This document shows positions 56,958 through 64,000 of a stretch of 64,000 bases of DNA, piece by piece. Made by a program: the position numbers and the translations under genes. The DNA comes from Planctomycetota bacterium. Lineage in GTDB: Bacteria > Planctomycetota > UBA8108 > SXIK01. The notes under the pieces are model-generated. The model did not search any database and was not told the origin of the DNA. It saw nothing but the letters and a program-made list of their open reading frames with translations. The stretch spans positions 1,312,001 to 1,376,000 of the forward strand of contig CBDCXR010000004.1 of assembly GCA_965223845.1 (NCBI GenBank), given 5' to 3'. The stretch's first letter is position 1; every line of letters starts with the position of its first letter.

Positions 56958-57791
56958 ATGGTGCGTCGACCGAGTTTCGAGATCATTCCCCCGACGAGCG
57001 AGCTCGGCGAGCGGGAGCTCCGTTTCGTCTCCCCGGACCGCTCGCGCAGCCCGCGGCGACTGACGCCGGACGACGTCGATCGCTTCGATCGCGATGGCTA
57101 CCTCGCGGGGATCCGCGCTCTCGATCCCGACGAGGCCGACCGCCTGCGAGGCTATTTCGACGCGCTCCTTGCGGAAACTCTCGCGAGTGGGGGGACCAGC
57201 TATTCGATCAGCTCGGCCCACCTTTCCCACGGTCGCGTTTACGACCTCATGCGCGACGAGAGAATCGTCGACGTCGTCGCCGATCTCCTCGGTCCGGACG
57301 TGGTCGGGTGGGGCGCCCACTTCTTCTGCAAGATGCCGGGCGACGGGAAGACCGTGTCCTTTCACCAGGACGCGAGCTACTGGCCCCTCTCACCGGCGCG
57401 GACGGTCACCGTGTGGCTCGCGGTCGACGCTTCCGACGAAGAGAACGGTGCGATGGAAGTCATCCCCGGGTCGCATCGTCATGGTGCGATTCCGTTCGAG
57501 CGGAGCGACGCGAACGAGGACAACGTCCTCGATCAAACGGTCCCGAACGCCGAGCGTTTCGGTCAACCGGTCCCGATCAAACTCGCTGCCGGCGAGATCT
57601 CCGTCCACTCCGATCTACTTCTCCACGGATCGGGTGCGAATCGCTCGCGCCGACGGCGCTGCGGCCTCACGCTCCGCTATTGCCCTCCTTGCGTGCGCGC
57701 GGGACGCGGCTGGAACGCGAAGGGCATCCTCGTCGAGGGCGGAGACCCGTCCGGGCACTGGGCGAATCCGCGCCGGCCCGACGCGAACTGA
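56958..57791 (+). CDS. Phytanoyl-CoA dioxygenase (PhyH) family Fe(II)/2-oxoglutarate dioxygenase
   Basis: FDRDGY, FCKMPG, FHQDASYW (HxD), VWLAVD, ENGAMEVIPGSH, LLHGSGANRS..RR. Confidence 0.9.
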   Translation: MVRRPSFEIIPPTSELGERELRFVSPDRSRSPRRLTPDDVDRFDRDGYLAGIRALDPDEADRLRGYFDALLAETLASGGTSYSISSAHLSHGRVYDLMRDERIVDVVADLLGPDVVGWGAHFFCKMPGDGKTVSFHQDASYWPLSPARTVTVWLAVDASDEENGAMEVIPGSHRHGAIPFERSDANEDNVLDQTVPNAERFGQPVPIKLAAGEISVHSDLLLHGSGANRSRRRRCGLTLRYCPPCVRAGRGWNAKGILVEGGDPSGHWANPRRPDAN

Positions 57792-57823
57792 CGCGTCTCC
57801 GGGCCGGCGAGCGCGCGGCAACC

Positions 57824-60800
57824 TCAGAACCCGCACGCGCTCGGACAGCCTTCGATTCGCACGCACGCGCCGCTCCCGAGCGGAGGGGGCGGGCCGTTCT
57901 CGAAGAGGTAGCCGAGGATGTAGAGCACATCGGAAATATCGACGGAGTCGTCGGCGTTCGCGTCCAGCACGGCGAGGTTGCCGCCGTCTTCGAGTGACGC
58001 ACCGTCGCAGGGAAGCGCCGCTGCCCCGCCGCCGAAGAGACGCCGGAGGTAGCTGACGGCGTCGGCGATGTCCACGTTCCCGTCCTGGTTGCTGTCACCC
58101 GGACGCTGCCGACCGCCGAGCCCCGAGAGCGCCGGGTCCTCGTCGCCGGGAGTCCCTCCGAGTACCGTGGCCTCGATCCAATTCGCCGGCTCGGACCACG
58201 TGTTCAGCTCCTCGCTCGGATCGGCGAACGTGAGACTCACACCGAAGCCATCGGTCTCCGGCAGCCACGCGTCGGAATAGGCGAACTCCATGATGGGTTC
58301 GACCAGCGGTCCGTAGACGGAGATCACTTCGCTGTCGTTGTCGAGATTCCCGTCGTACTCCCCGCCGATGCGGATCGCGCCGGCGTCGTAGCGCTCGGCG
58401 AACGCATCGAGGTTGCTCACGATCACGATGTGCTCCCCCGGCGCGAGCTCGCCCGCGTCGTCCGGAAACGTAAATCGGATCGCCGTTGCGACGCTGGCAC
58501 CCGCGAGGTCGATCGGCGTGTCGCTCGCGTTGAGGAACTCGAGAAACTCGAAATCGTCATCGTCGTAGACGCTGTCGAGCGGAGGATCTTCCGGGTGGTA
58601 CATGATCTCGCTCACGACGAGCCGCGGCGTGGTGACCACGAAGGTCTCCGCCACGGGGCCGCTCCACATCGATGCGCTGACTCGAGTGCGCGCGACGACG
58701 CGAGAGTTGTCGTCGAGCACGATCGGACCGGAGTACTGCTCGGCGCCGCTCGCGATGCTCCCGCCGCGGGCGCGGGGGTCGCTGCCGTCGATCGTGTAGT
58801 AGATCGAGCCCTCCTCGGAAGTCAGTCGAAGCTGGAATCCCGGGTTGATGTGATGCCCGGAGTTGCTGAACTCCGGCGCCGCGGGAAACTGATCGTCTAT
58901 CCATTGCGCCCGCGCGCGCAGCCAGCTCTTCATCCAGGCGACCTCGCTCGACCAGGTGCGACCGCCGAGGACATTCCACTTCTGAAAGTTCCTCACTTGA
59001 GCCTCGGAAATCACATCGGCCATCGAGTCGATGATGCCCTCGATCGATGCCTGGCTGAGATCTCCGCGTCGAAGCTCTTGCCAGCGGTCCCGCCATCGCT
59101 GCCAGAAGTCCGGATCGTCGAACAATCGGTTCCACCAGGGATAGTTGAAATAGTCCGTGGCGTCGCCCGTTCCGCGCCACGCCCGAGGATTGTCGTCGCG
59201 TCCGTCCGTCGAGCCCATGGAACGATCGAAGTCCCAGATCGGACCGAATTCGATGCGACCGAAGCGACTCTTGTAGAAGTACGTGCTCAGACGGAGCGCG
59301 TCGACGTTCATGGGGAGAACATTGAGAATGTGATGATCGATCCACGAGTCGACGTCGACGTAGCGGACGTAGCCGTTCACCGGATCGCGAAAGTTGGCAC
59401 CGTTCAGTGTCGTGTTGAACGCGTTCATGTAGTTCCGGAGCCACGTCGCCTGATCGTCCGTAATGTTATCCTCCTTGGGATACACGTAACCGATCGTGCG
59501 GCCGGCCGCGGAGAACCCGGAGTCGCCAGGATCGAGTCGATCGATCTTCATCATGTAGCCGCCTTGGATTTCGGGCGGGGCATCGTGCGTCGGCGAAAGG
59601 CGTTCCACGTCAACTCGATCCGGTCCGCGTTTGATCTTCTCCATGAAGGAATAGACCCCGACATAATCGGACGACGACATCGAGCCGCCTCCCGTGTTGA
59701 CGTAGACTTCGCAGAACTTCGATCGGCACGCGTAGCGCCCTACTCGGTTGCTGAGCTCGTAGATGAACGGGTTGCGGAGGAGCGCGCGATCGAAGTTGTA
59801 CGCGCCGTAGAGGATCCAGTCGGACTCCTCCGGTAGGCCGAGCGGAAGGATGTCCTTGTCGTTGTCACGCTCATCCCACGCCTCGACGGTGTACGCCTTT
59901 TTGGGCCGGTTCTGAGTGCTCGAGCCGCGGATCTTGATGCCGATGCGCGTCGAGACGTCGGGCGCTCGCGTCAGTCGAGCCCGGCCGTCTTCCTTCGGTT
60001 CGAAGATCGCCATGAACGCCATCTGCTGCGAGTTCGCCGGTACGCTCCCGGCGCCGAAGTTGTCGATGACGACGATCGGGATGTCCGAGTCGAAGTTTCG
60101 CACCGTCGAGGAGAGCCGAAGGTAGGTGTGCGTGACGACCGGACTCGGCGAGAGGTCGCCGTCGAACGACCGCGCTCGGACCATCACGGACTCGCCGACG
60201 GAGATGGGGCCGCCGTAGACCGTGGATCCTTCTTCCGGCTCGGAGCCGTCCGTCGTGTAGCGAATCGTGCCGGGCGCATCGAGAACGAGATCGAAGTCTG
60301 TCGAAAAGACGCCGCTTTCGACGGAGAACGCCGGCGGAGTGGAGATCCCGGAGAACCCTGGGAGATTCCCGAATCCGGGCGACGGGAGGTGGAAATAGAG
60401 CTGCTGCGTCGCGTCGAGCTCGCCGCCGCCGACGGCGTCGAGCTCGGGGACGATGAGAAAATCGGAGCTCCCGGTGCTCCGGTTGAGCCCGTGGATCGCG
60501 AGGACGTTGTCGCCGTCCTCGAGAACGTTCGCCGAGAGACTGAAGCTCTCGTAGACGAGCGCTTCTTCGTCTCTGTGGTCCGAAGACGCGGTCGAATTCC
60601 ACGCGGGCGAGGACGGGGCATTCGCTTCGGCCACCTTGCTCCCGTTGATGTACGCGACGAAACCGTCGTCGTACTTCATTCGAAGCGTCAGTCCGCCGAA
60701 ATCGGCCGCGTTCTCGACGGTGAACGGGACGCGGATGTAGCAGCCCTCGCGCTGGTCGTACATCGCGTCTTCAAGGTCGATGTCGATGAGGTTCGTGTAG

Positions 60801-61390
60801 TCGGAATTCCGGTCGTAGCCGACGCCGGTCACGCCGCTCATCCAGCCGCCGTCGTCGAAGTCGACCTCACGCCACGACGTCCCGATGTTCCCGGTCGGAA
60901 CGAGCGCCGTGGCCGGGTCGCCGGCGCGGACGAGCCGCGCGAAGTTCGCGTTCTGAGAGAGTCCGTACGAAAAATCGGGGACCTGGAGGGGGTAGTCGGC
61001 GAACTGCCACGCGATCGTGACGCCGTCCGGTTCGACTAGAGCGAGCGATTCACCTCCGCCCGAAAGTCGGAAACTGACGTGGAGCTCGTCCCCGCGGCGA
61101 TCCTTCTCGGACGCGAAGACGAGCAGAAACTCCCCTTCGCCGAGAACTCGCGTGGGAAACTGCCACTTGGTGAGATCGGCGAGGTCGTCCGTCGCGTACC
61201 ACCCGCCGAGATCGACGCTGCCCGGACCGCAGTTGTAGACCTCGAACCAATCGGGAAAGCTGCCGTCTTCGTCCTCGAAGGTGGAGTCGTTGACGGCCAT
61301 GAACTCTGTGATCACCACGTCGGCCGCGACGGGGAGAGGGAGCACGGCGAGAGCGATCCATAGGGCGGGAGAGCGCAGGAAGCGAGGCAT
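57824..61390 (-). CDS. Secreted lamin-tail / CotH kinase / chitobiase-Fn3-like / lamin-tail / dockerin-like protein (paralogue of 15853-19407)
   Basis: VVITEFMAVN...DWFEVYN; IRGSST; GPIWDFDRSMGSTDGRDDNPRAW; C-terminal PGDSNQDGNVDIADA...LDANADDSVDISD. Confidence 0.85.
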   Translation of the reverse strand: MPRFLRSPALWIALAVLPLPVAADVVITEFMAVNDSTFEDEDGSFPDWFEVYNCGPGSVDLGGWYATDDLADLTKWQFPTRVLGEGEFLLVFASEKDRRGDELHVSFRLSGGGESLALVEPDGVTIAWQFADYPLQVPDFSYGLSQNANFARLVRAGDPATALVPTGNIGTSWREVDFDDGGWMSGVTGVGYDRNSDYTNLIDIDLEDAMYDQREGCYIRVPFTVENAADFGGLTLRMKYDDGFVAYINGSKVAEANAPSSPAWNSTASSDHRDEEALVYESFSLSANVLEDGDNVLAIHGLNRSTGSSDFLIVPELDAVGGGELDATQQLYFHLPSPGFGNLPGFSGISTPPAFSVESGVFSTDFDLVLDAPGTIRYTTDGSEPEEGSTVYGGPISVGESVMVRARSFDGDLSPSPVVTHTYLRLSSTVRNFDSDIPIVVIDNFGAGSVPANSQQMAFMAIFEPKEDGRARLTRAPDVSTRIGIKIRGSSTQNRPKKAYTVEAWDERDNDKDILPLGLPEESDWILYGAYNFDRALLRNPFIYELSNRVGRYACRSKFCEVYVNTGGGSMSSSDYVGVYSFMEKIKRGPDRVDVERLSPTHDAPPEIQGGYMMKIDRLDPGDSGFSAAGRTIGYVYPKEDNITDDQATWLRNYMNAFNTTLNGANFRDPVNGYVRYVDVDSWIDHHILNVLPMNVDALRLSTYFYKSRFGRIEFGPIWDFDRSMGSTDGRDDNPRAWRGTGDATDYFNYPWWNRLFDDPDFWQRWRDRWQELRRGDLSQASIEGIIDSMADVISEAQVRNFQKWNVLGGRTWSSEVAWMKSWLRARAQWIDDQFPAAPEFSNSGHHINPGFQLRLTSEEGSIYYTIDGSDPRARGGSIASGAEQYSGPIVLDDNSRVVARTRVSASMWSGPVAETFVVTTPRLVVSEIMYHPEDPPLDSVYDDDDFEFLEFLNASDTPIDLAGASVATAIRFTFPDDAGELAPGEHIVIVSNLDAFAERYDAGAIRIGGEYDGNLDNDSEVISVYGPLVEPIMEFAYSDAWLPETDGFGVSLTFADPSEELNTWSEPANWIEATVLGGTPGDEDPALSGLGGRQRPGDSNQDGNVDIADAVSYLRRLFGGGAAALPCDGASLEDGGNLAVLDANADDSVDISDVLYILGYLFENGPPPPLGSGACVRIEGCPSACGF

Positions 61391-61562
61391 GGAGCGATTC
61401 CGATGGACGAGACGGGCAGCAAGCGAAACACAAACGGCGCGCCACCCCGACGCGCCGTTGAATCTTCACACAAGTCGGGCCCATTTTAGCGCGATTCCGG
61501 CACCGGACGAAGCGATCAATCGAGCATCGCGGGCCGGGCGGAGCGGCCGCAGACGCCGCTCG

Positions 61563-63305
61563 TCAGTCGGTGTCGCCGCCGGCGATCGGCCGGACCTCGA
61601 CGAAGTACGCTCCGCGGCTCTTTCCGTTCGGGTCGGTGAGCCAAGTCTGAAGCTTTTGCGGTCCGGCGGCTGCTCGCGCCCGGAGCGTCACTGCGCTGGC
61701 GCCGGCGGGAACGGTCGCGGTCACTTCCGTCTCGCCGATCGCGAGACGCGCGCTCCGCGCCGTGAGTGGCTTGGCCTCACTCGCGGGTAGCGTGCGGAGG
61801 ACGAACTCGTAGAGACCTTCCCGCTCGACGTCGACCGCCCAGAAGCCGTTCGTCATCGGGGCGCGGCGGACCATCCCTTGATTCCACGGCGGATTCGGCC
61901 CGTGCCAGTCGTGGCAAGTGAGACGCGACGGCGACTCCTTCGGCGAGCCGAGGACTATGGGAACGAATTCCGCGAACCGCGGCGTCAAGCTCTCCCACCA
62001 CGCGTCGTACGCCGAGCGAAGTCTTGCGACGACCTTCGCGTGCGCATCGGCGACGTTCGTCGCTTGCGCCGGATCCGCCGCGAGATCGAAGAGCTCAGTG
62101 CCGTTGACGAGTCGCCAGCGTTTCGTCATCACCGCAGACTTGCGCCACTTCTTCGGGTGCTCGATCCGTTGCGAATGAACGAAGAGCGTGCGGTCGAGGG
62201 TCCCTTGTTCACCGCGGAGCATCGCGGCGAGGCTCGTCCCGTCGATTCGAAGATCCTTCGGAACTGTGACCCCGCAGAGACCGGCGAGTGTCGGAAGCAC
62301 GTCGATGTGCGCGGTCAGAACGTCGAGGTCGCGTCCGCGACCGGTTCCCCCGATCCCGCCTCCCGGCCAGCGAACGAAAAACGGCACTCGGTGACCGCCG
62401 TCGTATTCCGATCCCTTCTTTCCGCGCATTCCGGCGGAGAACCCCTTCCAGCTTCCTTCTTCCCCTCGACGTCCGCCGACTCCCGCGGCCGTTCCGTTGT
62501 CCGTCATGAAGACGATCACGGTGTCCGCGGCGATCTTCGTCTCGTCGAGCTTCGCGACGAGACGTCCGATGTTCTCGTCGATGTTCGTGATCATCCCGTA
62601 GAACCGAGCCATCGTGTTCGGCACCCCGCGATCGCGGTACGGCTTGCTGTAGCGTTCATCGACGAGAAACGGCCCGTGCGGCGCGTTCGTCGATAGGTAC
62701 GCGAAGAACGGGCGTTCATCGGACGCCGTGATGAAGCGGATCGCCTCGTTGAACCAGACGTCTGTGCAGTAACCTTCAACCTTCTCCGGCCGACCGTTGC
62801 GAAAGTACGTATCGTCGAAGTAGTCGTTTCCCCAGGCATCCGGCGTCTGGCCGACTCCGCCGCCGCCGTGTGCGAACGTGACTTCGAACCCGACGTCTTG
62901 CGGGCGCGACGGGTAGTTGTCGCCGAGATGCCATTTCCCGAACATGCCGGTGCGATAGCCGCTCCGGCGAAAGAGCTCGGCGATCGTGACCTCTTCCGGG
63001 CGCAACATCGAGCGACCCATGATCGTGTGCCAGACGCCGGTTCGCGTGGAGTAGCGACCGGTCATCAGCGCTGATCGAGTCGGAGAGCAGGTCGGATCGA
63101 CGTGGAAGTCGGTGAGCCGAACACTTTCGCCGTGAAGTCGATCGAGATGCGGCGTCTGGATCATCGTGTTCCCGTGTGCGCCGACGTCGCCGTAGCCCTG
63201 ATCATCCGTGATGATGACGATGACGTTTGGCGGCGCTGCGTGCAGCGATGCGGCGAGGGCAAGCCCGAGGAGTACGGCCGAAGCGAGCGATCGACGAAAG
63301 AGCAT
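61563..63305 (-). CDS. Secreted arylsulfatase (formylglycine-dependent, S1 family)
   Basis: Signal peptide; PNVIVIITDDQG, CSPTRSALMTGR, GKWHLG, NAPHGP, FMTDNG, YDGGHRVP. Confidence 0.93.
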   Translation of the reverse strand: MLFRRSLASAVLLGLALAASLHAAPPNVIVIITDDQGYGDVGAHGNTMIQTPHLDRLHGESVRLTDFHVDPTCSPTRSALMTGRYSTRTGVWHTIMGRSMLRPEEVTIAELFRRSGYRTGMFGKWHLGDNYPSRPQDVGFEVTFAHGGGGVGQTPDAWGNDYFDDTYFRNGRPEKVEGYCTDVWFNEAIRFITASDERPFFAYLSTNAPHGPFLVDERYSKPYRDRGVPNTMARFYGMITNIDENIGRLVAKLDETKIAADTVIVFMTDNGTAAGVGGRRGEEGSWKGFSAGMRGKKGSEYDGGHRVPFFVRWPGGGIGGTGRGRDLDVLTAHIDVLPTLAGLCGVTVPKDLRIDGTSLAAMLRGEQGTLDRTLFVHSQRIEHPKKWRKSAVMTKRWRLVNGTELFDLAADPAQATNVADAHAKVVARLRSAYDAWWESLTPRFAEFVPIVLGSPKESPSRLTCHDWHGPNPPWNQGMVRRAPMTNGFWAVDVEREGLYEFVLRTLPASEAKPLTARSARLAIGETEVTATVPAGASAVTLRARAAAGPQKLQTWLTDPNGKSRGAYFVEVRPIAGGDTD

Positions 63306-63561
63306 GTCTCTGATTCCTCATGTCGCGTGGAACTGGGAAGGCCGGTGATTGTACCTGAAGCTCGCGCTCGAATGTCGGGCGAGAGCCGGCTCGTCGACCC
63401 TGAGTTTCCCGACCGACCGCCCGAGGAGCAGCGTCCGGTGCGGCGTGAAGAAGTGGTAGGATAGACCGCGACGGATCGATCCCTGGGCGCAGGGGTCGCC
63501 GGGGGCAGCTACGGAATCGCACGCCCCGGTTGCGCGTGCGCGGGATCGCAAGGAGAAGGCG

Positions 63562-64000
63562 ATGCATCGGCACTTCGTGCTGTCGGTAGCTGTGCTGTTC
63601 GCGGGGGCGGCGACGGTCGCGGCGCAACCCACGGAGGAGGACGGTTCCATCCGCGCCTCGGAGTGGCTCGCGCTCGGTGTATTTCGGCATACGCTCCACT
63701 GCGATTCTCCGCTCGACGAGTCGTTTCGCGGGTTCGCGGCTCCGACGGTTCCCTTCTGCGAGTACCCGGCCGCGGGGGACGAGGCCGAGCTCGATCCGTT
63801 TCTCGCGCTCGCGATCGAGTACCGCGGACCGGTCGGTGAAAACGGCCATCCCGTTTGGCGACACTTTGCGCCCGACGTCCGGAGCGGAGACGTCAATCTC
63901 ACGGCGGATCCTGAGGTCGAGTGCTTCGGGCAGGACGGATTCGATTGCCATCGCCTCGTCACCTGGGCGGCCACGTACATCGAGTGGTCGGGACCGAATC
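63562..64000 (+). CDS. Secreted protein of unknown function (5' part only; runs off the window)
   Basis: Not in the ORF track; AGGAG RBS, ATG 63562, MHRHFVLSVAVLFAGAATVAAQPTEEDGSIRASEWLALGVF..., open to the window end. Confidence 0.65.
   Translation, partial: MHRHFVLSVAVLFAGAATVAAQPTEEDGSIRASEWLALGVFRHTLHCDSPLDESFRGFAAPTVPFCEYPAAGDEAELDPFLALAIEYRGPVGENGHPVWRHFAPDVRSGDVNLTADPEVECFGQDGFDCHRLVTWAATYIEWSGPN

Noticed and set aside
56958-57791. PhyH protein as a halogenase tailoring the polyketide
   Set aside because: It keeps the HQD carboxylate of hydroxylases and lies outside the operon

Overview
High-GC bacterial DNA, very probably from a Planctomycetota genome (inferred from several dockerin-like C-terminal domains, lamin-tail/CotH proteins, a secreted sulfatase, a TPR-redoxin and the L33 type). 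The first 15.6 kb holds housekeeping and sugar-catabolism genes: a tagatose-epimerase-like gene, YunC, a Zn dehydrogenase, rpe, rpmG, a double LPS-kinase, an ActP-type symporter, a TPR-redoxin, RecQ, a metallopeptidase and a triple parvulin. The core (about 24.2-55.0 kb, nearly all on +) is a cell-envelope locus. It combines an exosortase with EpsI, a large TPR protein, a Wzz-like co-polymerase, an apparently dead BY-kinase, five glycosyltransferases, a polysaccharide deacetylase, a complete GDP-heptose-type pathway with duplicated HddA/HddC, a single-module type I PKS of unusual order (KS-AT-KR-DH-ACP-TE) and a priming sugar transferase fused to a degenerate nucleotidyltransferase. Three proteins ending in a related Fn3 domain, four dockerin-bearing proteins and two inverted CotH paralogues surround it. 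A candidate ECF-sigma promoter motif (GTAAG-N17-CRYCTY) precedes three of these transcription units. No rRNA, tRNA, CRISPR array or mobile element was recognised. All calls rest on motifs read by eye; no database search was run, and many start codons are best guesses.
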